From the NCBI RefSeq assembly GCF_051097895.1, contig NZ_CP142525.1:1050001-1082000 (forward strand): a stretch of 32,000 nt of DNA. The letters are read 5' to 3'. This DNA is from Psychrobacter sp. HD31 (GTDB taxonomy: Bacteria > Pseudomonadota > Gammaproteobacteria > Pseudomonadales > Moraxellaceae). This document shows positions 22,506-31,598 of the stretch, piece by piece. Positions within the stretch are counted from its first letter, which is position 1; each line of letters opens with the position of its first letter. The notes beneath the pieces were generated by a model that was given only the letters and a program-made list of their open reading frames with translations, was not told the origin of the DNA and ran no database searches. Position numbers and translations under genes: made by a program.

Positions 22506-22672
22506 CAGTTGTTGATAATAAAAGACGACACCCTCACCTTTTTATCTTATCGATAGTAGTAATACCTAGATATCTAGGCTAGTAATATAGATAGCAATGC
22601 AAAATGGCTTTTAAACTGCTTAAACAGAATAAAAGCCTAATCACCAATAGCATTTTAAAATAGCGGCGTTAT

Positions 22673-22708
22673 GGATAAAACGGTTTGCTGTTTTATCCAT
22701 CTGTTTTT
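22673..22708 (+). terminator. Candidate terminator after miaE
   Basis: A 9-bp stem GGATAAAAC (22673-22681) / GTTTTATCC (22690-22698) followed by ATCTGTTTTTA. Confidence 0.5.
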
Positions 22709-22800
22709 ATCGTTCCACTTTTACCTTCAACCAGCTCATAATAGCATTGAGTAAAAAAGCCACTTTTTAAAAGATCTTTATCCTCACTAATTAGTAGCGT

Positions 22801-24966
22801 TTAAACCTTATTAATCTTGCTGAGTAACTTATGCTGAGCAATGTATGGCACTTCTGCTTCTTTTGGTGTAGATTGCAACCACTTACCTGCCCCATCCAAT
22901 GTCCATGCTCGCACGTTGTCATTTAAGTAGTTAAGCAAGCCATCATCTAACACTTGTTGAAAAATACGTTTATCTTCTATTGGGAAGGCAACTTCCACAC
23001 GATGGAATAAATTACGATCCATCCAGTCTGCGCTACCACAATACAAACGCTCATCACCATTATTATAAAAATAATAAACACGGGTATGCTCAAGGAACCG
23101 CCCTACCACACTACGTACAAAAATATTTTCTGACAATCCTTTTACTTGTGGTCGCAAACAACTGATAGAACGCAAAATTAACTCTATTTTAACCCCAGCT
23201 TGTGAGGCATCATACAACTTATCAATTAGTTTGCGCTCGGTTAACGCATTTACTTTAACGATAACATGTGCTTTTTTACCTGCTTTTGCATGTTTTATCT
23301 CATCATCTATAAACTGCATTAAGCTGTCATGCAAAGTAAAAGGGGCATGCAGTACCTTGCTCACGTTTGCTGCCTTGCCCATGCCAGTTAATTCCTGAAA
23401 TACTTTATGTACATCTTCTGTCATAGCAGGCTTGGCAGTAAACAAACCATAATCGGTATAAGCTTTTGCATTACCTGCATGATAGTTTCCAGTACCTAAA
23501 TGTGCATAGCGACGTATTTTGTTATCTTCACGACGCACAATCAACATAAGTTTGGCATGGGTTTTATAACCAACAATACCATAAACCACAACCACACCTG
23601 CCTCTTGTAAAAAATTGGCAACTGCGATATTTGAGGCCTCATCAAACCTTGCTCTTAGCTCGATAACGGCGGTTACTTCTTTACCATTTCTTGCTGCCAA
23701 TGCAAGTGCTTGTACAATTTCTGAGTCTGTTCCAGAACGGTATAGCGTTTGTTTAATGGCTAATACTTTTGGATCATTTGCTGCTTGTTTTAACAAATTC
23801 ACCACGGGGGTAAACGCATGGAAAGGATGATGAACCAATACATCTTGACGGCGCATGGTACTAAACATACTGGCAGATTTGTCAGTTGAGTCATACGCAT
23901 CTTTTCGAAATGCTTTAGGCATCACATGATTAAATGGTGTGTAGCGTAACTCCGGTATTTTAAAGTCAAATAATAAGCGTGTTAAATTGACAGGACCATT
24001 TACTTTATAAAGCTGATTTTCATGCAAGTCAAACTCATCAAGCAAATAATCACTAATAAATTTTGGACAATTTGTAGTGACTTCTAGACGTACTTTTTGC
24101 CCAAACCTTCTGTTTTCAAGTTCACCTTCTAAGGCTTTTGCGATATCCTCAACATCATCTGATAAGTCCAAATCGGCATTACGCGTTAATCTAAACTGGT
24201 GACAGCCTGTAACCTTCATACCGGGGAACAACTCATGCACATGTTTATGAATCACGGCAGAAAGCATAATATGATGCTCTTTACCATTTGTTAGCGTATC
24301 CGGTAAGCGAATAACCCTTGGTAAGCTTCTTGGTGCAGGGACAATAGCCAAGTTAATATCACGCCCAAAAGCATCTTTGCCTTCAAGACTTATAATAAAG
24401 TTTAAACTTTTGTTAACCAAGCGTGGAAATGGATGAGCTGGGTCAATACTAATGGGGGTTAACACTGGCATCACTTGTTCGATAAAGTATTGACGTACCC
24501 ATTTCGATTGCTCTGACGTTAATTCATCACGTTTTAAATAGCGTATATCTTGCTTGGCAAGCTCTGGTAAAATTTCTTCATTTAAAATACGGTATTGCTC
24601 ATCAATGGCTTTATGCGCAGCCGTTGCAATCTTCTCTAACACTTCACTAGGACGCATACCATCTGGGCTGGTTGCAACATCCCCATGTACAAATTTTTGT
24701 AACTGCCCTGCCACCCTAATTTCAAAAAATTCATCCATGTTTGATGAAAAAATAATTAGAAAAAATAAACGCTCAAGTAAAGGGTGACTTGTGTCGGTTG
24801 CTTGAGCAAGTACACGTTTATGAAACTCAAGCAATGATAGCTCTCGGTTGATATATGCGTTGTAACTATAACTACCATCGGCATTGCGTTGCCAGTCAAG
24901 TTGAGTTAAATCCGTATTGCTTATTTTATTTTGCTTTAGTTGATTTGCAGTACTTTGTGTTGTCAT
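22801..24966 (-). CDS. ppk: Polyphosphate kinase 1
   Basis: 721 aa with the N-terminal [12 protein letters not shown], the autophosphorylation region KTHAK..L.VR, and two PLD-like C-terminal domains (EH.R.Y). Confidence 0.95.
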   Translation of the reverse strand: MTTQSTANQLKQNKISNTDLTQLDWQRNADGSYSYNAYINRELSLLEFHKRVLAQATDTSHPLLERLFFLIIFSSNMDEFFEIRVAGQLQKFVHGDVATSPDGMRPSEVLEKIATAAHKAIDEQYRILNEEILPELAKQDIRYLKRDELTSEQSKWVRQYFIEQVMPVLTPISIDPAHPFPRLVNKSLNFIISLEGKDAFGRDINLAIVPAPRSLPRVIRLPDTLTNGKEHHIMLSAVIHKHVHELFPGMKVTGCHQFRLTRNADLDLSDDVEDIAKALEGELENRRFGQKVRLEVTTNCPKFISDYLLDEFDLHENQLYKVNGPVNLTRLLFDFKIPELRYTPFNHVMPKAFRKDAYDSTDKSASMFSTMRRQDVLVHHPFHAFTPVVNLLKQAANDPKVLAIKQTLYRSGTDSEIVQALALAARNGKEVTAVIELRARFDEASNIAVANFLQEAGVVVVYGIVGYKTHAKLMLIVRREDNKIRRYAHLGTGNYHAGNAKAYTDYGLFTAKPAMTEDVHKVFQELTGMGKAANVSKVLHAPFTLHDSLMQFIDDEIKHAKAGKKAHVIVKVNALTERKLIDKLYDASQAGVKIELILRSISCLRPQVKGLSENIFVRSVVGRFLEHTRVYYFYNNGDERLYCGSADWMDRNLFHRVEVAFPIEDKRIFQQVLDDGLLNYLNDNVRAWTLDGAGKWLQSTPKEAEVPYIAQHKLLSKINKV

Positions 24967-25173
24967 TTTTATCGCCCTTTAACATGATTAAAAATTAACC
25001 GTTATATTTAAAACATAACTAATCAAATCAATTAAAATTTTAGCATAGTGAGGTTGTTATTTTATGACAAAAACAAGGATATTTTATGGGCATTAAGTAT
25101 GGAGGAAAAAAGGCAAACATTAGGCATCAGTTTTAAGTAAAAAATAACATGTGCATTAAGACCAATCGCCCAT

Positions 25174-25210
25174 AAAAAAACCAGAAGCTTAATTTAGCTT
25201 CTGGTTTTTT
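25174..25210 (-). terminator. Rho-independent terminator after tRNA-Ser (bidirectional architecture)
   Basis: The stem CCAGAAGCT (25181-25189) / AGCTTCTGG (25196-25204) is flanked by A7 and T7 runs. Confidence 0.75.
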
Positions 25211-25215
25211 AAATA

Positions 25216-25306
25216 TGGCGGAGTCGGAGAGATTCGAACTCTCGAAGGGCTACAAACCCTTGCCGGTTTTCAAGACCGGTGCATTCAACCGCTCTGCCAC
25301 GACTCC
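25216..25306 (-). tRNA. tRNA-Ser (anticodon UGA)
   Basis: The reverse complement is GGAGTCGTGGCAGAGCGGTTGAATGCACCGGTCTTGAAAACCGGCAAGGGTTTGTAGCCCTTCGAGAGTTCGAATCTCTCCGACTCCGCCA. It has a 7-bp acceptor stem, anticodon loop CTTGAAA, a long variable arm, T-arm GAGAG-TTCGAAT-CTCTC, and encoded CCA. Confidence 0.95.
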
Positions 25307-25318
25307 AATAGGTTGGCT

Positions 25319-25346
25319 ATTATATAATGTTTTTATGATTTTGCAA
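25319..25346 (-). promoter_or_regulatory. Sigma70-type promoter of tRNA-Ser
   Basis: On the minus strand, TTGCAA (25341-25346) - 16 nt - TATAAT (25319-25324), 12 nt upstream of the mature tRNA 5' end. Confidence 0.65.
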
Positions 25347-25375
25347 CCCATAATTTCACTTTTTTCTATTTTTTA

Positions 25376-26440
25376 TTATTTATTTTTTAAGACCATGCAC
25401 ATATCCACCAAGCGGTTGGCATAGCCCCACTCATTATCATACCAAGCAAACACTTTAACTTGCTTGCCAACTTGTAATAATTGAAAGTCATCTACAATGA
25501 GCGACTCACGTTGGTGCACAAAATCACTAGAGACCAATGGTTTTGTTGTATACCCCATTATGCCCGAAAGTTGTTTTTCACTTGCTTGCTGCAATATATT
25601 TTTAACGTCCGCTAGCGTAACTTGTTTAAGAAAATTAAATGTCACATCAATGGCAGCAACATCAATGGTAGGTACTCGCATAGAATAACCATTTATTCGT
25701 CCTGCCATGTTAGGTAACACTCTTTCTGTTGCAGCAATACTACTCGATGTTGTGGGTATAATATTGTAACCAGATGCCCTTGCTCTACGTAAATCTCTGT
25801 GTGCTTGGTCAAGCACATTTTGGTCTGCCGTCACAGCGTGTATTTCTGTCATCATTGCAGAGTCCACACCAAAGGCTGCATCTAAAGTTGCAATCAAAGG
25901 CACCAACGCTTGCGTGGTACAGGACACACCAGAAATAATGGGTAAATCTAACGATAACTGAGCATCATTTACCCCCACAACCACACAAGCATCCACTTCA
26001 TCAAAAGGTGCGGCACCAATCACAACCTGTTTTGCGCCTGCAAGCCGATGTATATTGGCTCTTTTGTATGATCGAAACTGCCCAGAACACTCTAAAACAA
26101 CGTCAACTTCCAATGCTCCCCACGGCAAGTTTTCTGGATTTTTTTCATCCAAAATAGCAATTTTGGCAATGATTTGCTCTTTTTTACTTGCTAAAATGTC
26201 TGGCGAAGATGCTATTAGCTGCAACACCTGTCCTTCATCATTACTTTCAATACGGGCAGTAACCCCTATGTTGGTTAGCCGCCCATAAGTACTGTCAAAA
26301 TTAAGTAAATGTACCAAAGTATGAGCATCAGCAACGTCATTGATGGCAACGATTTCAATATCATCAAACAAAGCACGTTCAATCAGTGCTCTGCAAACAT
26401 TGCGTCCAATACGTCCAAACCCATTAATGGCTATTTTCAT
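25376..26440 (-). CDS. Glyceraldehyde-3-phosphate / erythrose-4-phosphate dehydrogenase family protein (divergent type I GAPDH paralogue)
   Basis: 354 aa with NGFGRIGR (NAD binding), a catalytic Cys in SGVSCTTQAL (canonical S.ASCTTNCL), the His in EIHAVTADQ, DLRRARAS..NIIPT, RVPT and WYDNEWGYANR. It is closer to the Epd/Gap2 pattern (DLRR.RA) than to E. coli GapA. Confidence 0.85.
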   Translation of the reverse strand: MKIAINGFGRIGRNVCRALIERALFDDIEIVAINDVADAHTLVHLLNFDSTYGRLTNIGVTARIESNDEGQVLQLIASSPDILASKKEQIIAKIAILDEKNPENLPWGALEVDVVLECSGQFRSYKRANIHRLAGAKQVVIGAAPFDEVDACVVVGVNDAQLSLDLPIISGVSCTTQALVPLIATLDAAFGVDSAMMTEIHAVTADQNVLDQAHRDLRRARASGYNIIPTTSSSIAATERVLPNMAGRINGYSMRVPTIDVAAIDVTFNFLKQVTLADVKNILQQASEKQLSGIMGYTTKPLVSSDFVHQRESLIVDDFQLLQVGKQVKVFAWYDNEWGYANRLVDMCMVLKNK

Positions 26441-26505
26441 TATCTTTTGATTTTCCTTAATAGTTGCAAACTTAGGTCAGCAAATTATATTTGTGGTAGC
26501 GCAAT

Positions 26506-28350
26506 TTAGTCTAAAAAAATTAAAGCCAAACGAATTGTATTATAATCAATAGACTCATTTAAATAGTCAAATAAGGGTTTTAACTTAACACCCCCATCTT
26601 CATTAAAGTCATTGGGATCATTTGCCGCTTTGACTGCCGTATTTGCCTCATTTACCTTGCTAATGACTTCATCACTTGGGCGCAAATGCTCGCAAGCTAA
26701 ATCTGGATATTGATGTTTTAGTTTGTCGATATGACGCATGATGGTGGCTTGGGCAAGTCCTCGATGTTCTGCTATTTCAGCAATGGATAGACTCTCTTCT
26801 AGCAAAATTTTGGTTTTGTCAAAAGTATCATCGTCACTATTACCCTGTGATTTAAGATGCTTACTTTGTTGACTCAAAATGGCGCGTTTTTCTCGATTGG
26901 CTGTGTACGCATTAATCACTCGTTCATTATTTGTACCGCCCGACTTAACAATAAACGCTTGGTGAGACTCATCCAGCTCATCTGTTGTAAAGTCTTTAAA
27001 TTGTGCTTGGATTTCATCTGATAATTCGATAAACCGTTTATCAGCACCACGAGCCAGTGGATCAAGGCGCATACTAATTTCATTAAGCCCCAGCAATTTT
27101 AACCCCGACAAACTTTTTAAGCGAGACAAAGCAACATAGCCTTGCCCCATTTCAAAAGTTCTGGATAGGTCAATCTCGGCAGCGTCCAATGTCATCCCTT
27201 GCGATTTGTGTACGGTAATTGCCCAAGCTAAAGATAAAGGGACTTGCGTATAACTGGCTAACACAGTGCCATGCTCATCTTCTACCATCCATTCTTCTGG
27301 CATGGCAATGACTTCTCGCCCTGTATTGAGCTTAACCACGGGATATTTGCTATCTTTATCAACTTTATCATCACTGTTTTCAAACTTAACTTTATGAAAC
27401 CCAACAATTTCACCCATCGTGCCATTAAAAACATCCAAATCAGCAATATTTTTAACGAACATCACCTTACAACCCACCTTAAGGTTTAATTCATCGGAGG
27501 TACGTACCGTTTTTTTAAGCATTTCAACCAGTTTCTCATCGCCGGTTCCAAAACCTTGATAGGTTAAAACGGTATTATCAATTTTAGCAAGCTCGTTAAG
27601 GTTGATTTTATCCACGCTAAAATTATGTGTATAAAGCCTTGTACGGTTGATGTTAACCTCATTATCAATTGTGTTTTCTAATGTTTGTACCGCTTGATGC
27701 GTCACTTGTGAACGCCGTATCTGGTTTAAAATATCATTTAAAGTAAGTGGATTAATGTTATCGGCTACTGTGCTGCTAGTATTGGCATCATCTATATGAT
27801 GAGCCTCTGTTTTTTGCCGATATTGCTCGCTCAAATAACACACATGAAAATCGGCTTCTAACCAAGCTTGTGACATAAATGCAAACTTATCACGATTGCT
27901 TTCTTCTTTTTCTCCCACAGGTGGTAGCTGAAAAAAATCACCTGCTAAAATAACTTGTATGCCACCAAATGGCTCGGTTGAATTTCTAATAGTTTTTAAA
28001 ACCAAATCAACCAAATTAAGTTGTTTTGCATGCAGCATAGATATTTCATCAATCACCAAAACAGCAGTTTTTTTTATGCGCTCTCTTAATAGGCGTTTAC
28101 CCATCAACTTTTTTAAATCTTTTTCTGTCATTTCTGACTTAATACCAATACCTGCCCAACTGTGGATGGTTGTTCCACTCATGTGGGTTGCCGCAATGCC
28201 TGTGCTAGCGGTTACTGCCACAGAAACTCGCCTTGCTCGTAAATAGTGGATGTACTGATTAAGGGTGTAAGTTTTTCCAGCACCTGCCGACCCTGTTAAA
28301 AACACATTGTGTCCAGTTTTTAAAATATCGAGGGCAGTAGATTGTTTCAT
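26506..28350 (-). CDS. PIF1/RecD-like superfamily 1B DNA helicase with C-terminal helix-turn-helix domain
   Basis: 614 aa with Walker A GSAGAGKT, STGIAA, Walker B LVIDEISM, ILAGDFFQLPPV, and C-terminal ITVHKSQG and GQGYVALSR motifs. The last ~100 aa contain an HTH-like segment (SIAEIAEHRGLAQATIMRHIDKL), as in HTH_40-type helicase tails. Confidence 0.8.
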   Translation of the reverse strand: MKQSTALDILKTGHNVFLTGSAGAGKTYTLNQYIHYLRARRVSVAVTASTGIAATHMSGTTIHSWAGIGIKSEMTEKDLKKLMGKRLLRERIKKTAVLVIDEISMLHAKQLNLVDLVLKTIRNSTEPFGGIQVILAGDFFQLPPVGEKEESNRDKFAFMSQAWLEADFHVCYLSEQYRQKTEAHHIDDANTSSTVADNINPLTLNDILNQIRRSQVTHQAVQTLENTIDNEVNINRTRLYTHNFSVDKINLNELAKIDNTVLTYQGFGTGDEKLVEMLKKTVRTSDELNLKVGCKVMFVKNIADLDVFNGTMGEIVGFHKVKFENSDDKVDKDSKYPVVKLNTGREVIAMPEEWMVEDEHGTVLASYTQVPLSLAWAITVHKSQGMTLDAAEIDLSRTFEMGQGYVALSRLKSLSGLKLLGLNEISMRLDPLARGADKRFIELSDEIQAQFKDFTTDELDESHQAFIVKSGGTNNERVINAYTANREKRAILSQQSKHLKSQGNSDDDTFDKTKILLEESLSIAEIAEHRGLAQATIMRHIDKLKHQYPDLACEHLRPSDEVISKVNEANTAVKAANDPNDFNEDGGVKLKPLFDYLNESIDYNTIRLALIFLD

Positions 28351-28373
28351 AAGATATAAAATTATTGATGGTT

Positions 28374-28414
28374 AAAAAATAAAAAAGTCTGGTTTATCAT
28401 CAGATAAATCAGAC
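28374..28414 (-). terminator. Rho-independent terminator after the LysM/SPOR gene
   Basis: A 12-bp stem GTCTGGTTTATC (28387-28398) / GATAAATCAGAC (28403-28414) with one G-U pair and loop ATCA. On the minus strand it is followed by UUUUUUAUUUUUU. Confidence 0.75.
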
Positions 28415-28435
28415 TCATTTTAGCACGCTTAAATA

Positions 28436-29596
28436 TTATCGCCAGTATAAAACCCAAGCACTGGTTGTATTAACGCGTGGATCACTATTAATTTTATCTT
28501 TAAGAGCCAAAGCAGCAACTTTACCACGTTCCGGCCCTACAATGATTCGCACGCCACGGTCTGTTTGGCTGGTTTTAACTTTATAGCCTGCACTACGGAA
28601 TTTTTTTACAATTTCATCGGCTTTTTCTTTATTACCTGCCAAGGCAACCTGTACACCAAAGGTGCCTTTAGCATCGGTTGCTTTCGCTTCTTGACGTGCC
28701 TGTTTCAGTTTTTGCTGGGCTGTTTGACGAGCAGAAGTTGATTTACGCTCCTGCGCGGCTTTTTTATCGGCTTCTGCCTTAGCGGCTTGTTTACGTTTAG
28801 TCTCTAAGTATGCAGCATCTTTTTCTAATTGGGCAATTTGGTTAGCTGAAGGGATTCTCAGTTTTTGACCAACTTGCAACATAGAAGTTGATGATAACTT
28901 ATTGGCTTGTGCCAACGCAGCAACTGGCACATTATGACGACTGGCAACAGCCGTTAAGCTATCCCCTTTTTTAACTTCATATTTACCAGAGCGAACCGGT
29001 GCTTTTTTAGCTTCTGGTTTTGGTTCTGGTTTGCTTTCTGCCTTAACTTCTTTTTTAGGCTCAGGTTTTGGTTCTGGTTTAGCGTCTACCGTCACTGGCT
29101 CAACTTTTACAGTGGTTTTCGCTTCCGTATTTTCAGGTGCTTTTTGTTCCGTTGTCTGATTTGTTTTTTGTGACACTTCACGGGTTGTCACCACTGGTCG
29201 AGTAATGGTATCAACAGTCGATTCAGTCTCAATGTCATTAATTGGTTCTGCAGCACTTTTAAATTCCTCATTTTCTGCACGGGCTTTTGCCAAAGCACGT
29301 TTCTCTGCTGCTTCTTGTTCTTTAATAAAAGCTTCTGTTTTTATTTGTTGTTGTTGCACACGCGCTTGACGCTGTCTTTCTTTTTGTTCAAGCAGTTTTG
29401 CTTCTGTTTGCGTATCTGTTGTTAGTGGTTCCACTTTTAAGCCATGGCTTATAGGCTTTCCATCTTCTGTGGTTAATTCAACTGTCAACTCTTCTGGCGT
29501 ATCTGGTTTTTTAACTTGTTGCACCATCGCAAATAGCATGATGCCGCCACCCAGCAATATTGCCAAACCTAATAAACTTTGTCTTGAAAAACTCAT
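28436..29596 (-). CDS. Membrane-anchored LysM + SPOR domain peptidoglycan-binding protein (DedD-like position downstream of folC)
   Basis: 386 aa. It has an N-terminal TM helix, a long E/K/Q-rich low-complexity region with KPEPKPE repeats, and a LysM motif (YEVKKGDSLTAVASRHNVPVAALAQANKL....LQVGQKLRIP). The C-terminal SPOR-like domain reads FGVQVALAGNKEKADEIVKKFRSAGYKVK...RIIVGP. Confidence 0.8.
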   Translation of the reverse strand: MSFSRQSLLGLAILLGGGIMLFAMVQQVKKPDTPEELTVELTTEDGKPISHGLKVEPLTTDTQTEAKLLEQKERQRQARVQQQQIKTEAFIKEQEAAEKRALAKARAENEEFKSAAEPINDIETESTVDTITRPVVTTREVSQKTNQTTEQKAPENTEAKTTVKVEPVTVDAKPEPKPEPKKEVKAESKPEPKPEAKKAPVRSGKYEVKKGDSLTAVASRHNVPVAALAQANKLSSTSMLQVGQKLRIPSANQIAQLEKDAAYLETKRKQAAKAEADKKAAQERKSTSARQTAQQKLKQARQEAKATDAKGTFGVQVALAGNKEKADEIVKKFRSAGYKVKTSQTDRGVRIIVGPERGKVAALALKDKINSDPRVNTTSAWVLYWR

Positions 29597-29775
29597 TGAA
29601 ACATCTCTTAATCTAAAAATTATAAATGGCTAAAAGCAAGTGCTTAATATCATAGCATTAAATTACAAAATGATTGTAATCTATTGTCATAACGTTTTAA
29701 AAACATACTTTTTTAACATCGCCTTATCAAGCAACCACCTTTTGTCATCTTAAACTGCATAAATATAGGGTGATA

Positions 29776-31086
29776 TTAACTTTGTAGCAAATAACGCAAG
29801 CTTTCTCCAATGGTATGAAATGACCCACACACCAAAATTAAGTCTTCTTTTGTTGTGTTTTGTATGGCTAACTTTGTTGCTTCTTCTAAGTTGTCAGCTG
29901 TTTCAACTTGGTTGATGCCTTTATCCATTAAAATGGTCTTTAATTGTGCTAAGTTTGCTGCACGGCTGTGCTGAATTGGCGCAACATACCAAGCTCCTAT
30001 CAGCAAACCACTTTGCTTTAATCGCTCAACCACTTTAGCGATTTCTTTATCTGCCAGCATTGAAAAAACAACAACAATTCGTCCTGGGTGCGGCACATTG
30101 TTTGGCAAATATTTAGATAGGTTTAAAGTTAACTGATTGATTAAAAAGTCAACCCCATCTTCATTGTGTGCCACATCAAATAGCCATCGTCTTTGTTTAA
30201 TTTCTTGGTAATCAAAACGCCCTGCAAGCTTAACGGTTTGCATCGCTTTTTCAATATGACTTTGTTGGATGTCTAAACCACTCGCCAACACAGCACTGAT
30301 TGCATTTGCCACATTCACCAAAGCCAAACTTGGTTTTGTCAGTTGCATGGTTATTGCCGCATTGCTATATTGCCAATACTGCTGGTTATTAGCCTCATTT
30401 CTATAAGCAAAGTGTTTACCCGCTTGATAACATAGTGCATCCAGCTCATCTACCTTTTGCTGCACACTCGCTGGCATCTGTATATCTCCAAAGATTAATG
30501 GAATACCTTGCCTTAAAATACCCGCTTTTTCATATCCAATTTTTTCTTTATCATCGCCAAGCCAATCAACATGATCAATACCAATGTTTGTTATCAGCGC
30601 AACATTTGGGTCAATGATATTAACAACATCTAAACGTCCACCCAAACCAACTTCTAACACCCATACATCACAATTGTTTTGAGCAAAAATTAAAAAAGCA
30701 GCTAAGCTAGTCATCTCAAAAAAAGATAAGCTCAAATTGCACTCTTTGCGCGCTTGTTCTACTTTTTCAAATGCATCAATTAATACATCATTTTGTATTG
30801 GCTTACCATTAATTTTAATCCGTTCATTAAAGTCAATCAGCTCTGGTGATTGATATAATGCCGTTTTATAGCCCGCTTGTTGACAAATTTCAGCAATTGC
30901 TGCAGTTGTTGAGCCTTTACCGTTGGTACCTGCAACCGTAAAAACTTTTGCCTTTTTTGCCGAGCCTATCACACCTAAGTTTTGAGCTACAGGCTCAACC
31001 CTTGATAAGCCCATATCAATAGCAGATACATGTATCCCTTGTATATAAGTTAACCATTCATCAAGTGATTTGTTAATCATCTGCAT
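29776..31086 (-). CDS. folC: Bifunctional folylpolyglutamate synthase / dihydrofolate synthase
   Basis: 436 aa with the P-loop VAGTNGKGST, the Mur-ligase-family layout (EVGLGGRLD, ITNIG.DH) and a C-terminal ligase domain. Confidence 0.9.
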   Translation of the reverse strand: MQMINKSLDEWLTYIQGIHVSAIDMGLSRVEPVAQNLGVIGSAKKAKVFTVAGTNGKGSTTAAIAEICQQAGYKTALYQSPELIDFNERIKINGKPIQNDVLIDAFEKVEQARKECNLSLSFFEMTSLAAFLIFAQNNCDVWVLEVGLGGRLDVVNIIDPNVALITNIGIDHVDWLGDDKEKIGYEKAGILRQGIPLIFGDIQMPASVQQKVDELDALCYQAGKHFAYRNEANNQQYWQYSNAAITMQLTKPSLALVNVANAISAVLASGLDIQQSHIEKAMQTVKLAGRFDYQEIKQRRWLFDVAHNEDGVDFLINQLTLNLSKYLPNNVPHPGRIVVVFSMLADKEIAKVVERLKQSGLLIGAWYVAPIQHSRAANLAQLKTILMDKGINQVETADNLEEATKLAIQNTTKEDLILVCGSFHTIGESLRYLLQS

Positions 31087-31176
31087 GTGTTATAAATCCT
31101 TCATTAAATATATTACCGTTACTCATACAGTATAAAAATATGCGGTTATTTATACAAACTAAATATAAAGCCTCAT

Positions 31177-31211
31177 AAAAAAAGAGCCTATTTAAAGTAA
31201 TAGGCTCTTTT
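31177..31211 (-). terminator. Rho-independent terminator after the RlpA-like gene (bidirectional architecture)
   Basis: A 10-bp stem AGAGCCTATT (31183-31192) / AATAGGCTCT (31199-31208). On the minus strand it is followed by U7. Confidence 0.7.
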
Positions 31212-31229
31212 AAATACTTTAACACGTGT

Positions 31230-31598
31230 TTACGTACAAACTTTTTTGCCATAACGCCAGGTTTTTGGCTTATGAATAACTTCTAACTTCACCTTGCAAA
31301 GGTTACAATTAAGTTTTTGGTTCGCTTTTTTAGAAAGGTCGATAACGCGACCATGTGCATATGGTCCACGGTCATTAATACATACAACCGTTGATTTACC
31401 ATTACGTAAATTAGTTACTTTAACTTTTGTACCAAAGGTTAATGTTTTGTGTGCTGCTGTCATTGCATGCATGTTGTAGGTTTCACCATTTGCCGTTCGT
31501 TTGCCGTGAAAACCTGGACCATACCAGCTTGCTACGCCTGCAAATGCTTGAGTTATACTTGCAACTAACAAGACTGTTGGTAATAAAAACTTCTTCAT
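31230..31598 (-). CDS. Small secreted RlpA-like double-psi beta-barrel (DPBB) protein
   Basis: 122 aa with a signal peptide ([20 protein letters not shown]) followed by [20 protein letters not shown]....[37 protein letters not shown], the RlpA-family DPBB signature. It has no SPOR domain. Confidence 0.8.
   Translation of the reverse strand: MKKFLLPTVLLVASITQAFAGVASWYGPGFHGKRTANGETYNMHAMTAAHKTLTFGTKVKVTNLRNGKSTVVCINDRGPYAHGRVIDLSKKANQKLNCNLCKVKLEVIHKPKTWRYGKKVCT

Noticed and set aside
24967-25375. The flanks of tRNA-Ser, considered as a possible genomic-island integration site.
   Set aside because: There is no integrase, no duplicated tRNA 3'-end (att) sequence, and only ~250 bp of spacer before ppk. 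The 13-16 codon mini-ORFs at 25087-25137 have no supporting evidence.
25215-25424. A 69-aa plus-strand ORF (MAESERFELSKGYKPLPVFKTGAFNRSATTP...).
   Set aside because: Its first ~30 codons are simply the antisense of the tRNA-Ser(UGA) gene (25216-25306). The rest runs through the tRNA promoter and the 3' end of the GAPDH-family gene. It is spurious.
29016-29080. An exact 17-bp direct repeat, GGTTTTGGTTCTGGTTT, at 29016-29032 and 29064-29080 (48-bp spacing).
   Set aside because: It lies in-frame inside the LysM/SPOR gene and encodes the KPEPKPE low-complexity linker. It is a protein-level repeat, not a CRISPR, VNTR or regulatory element.
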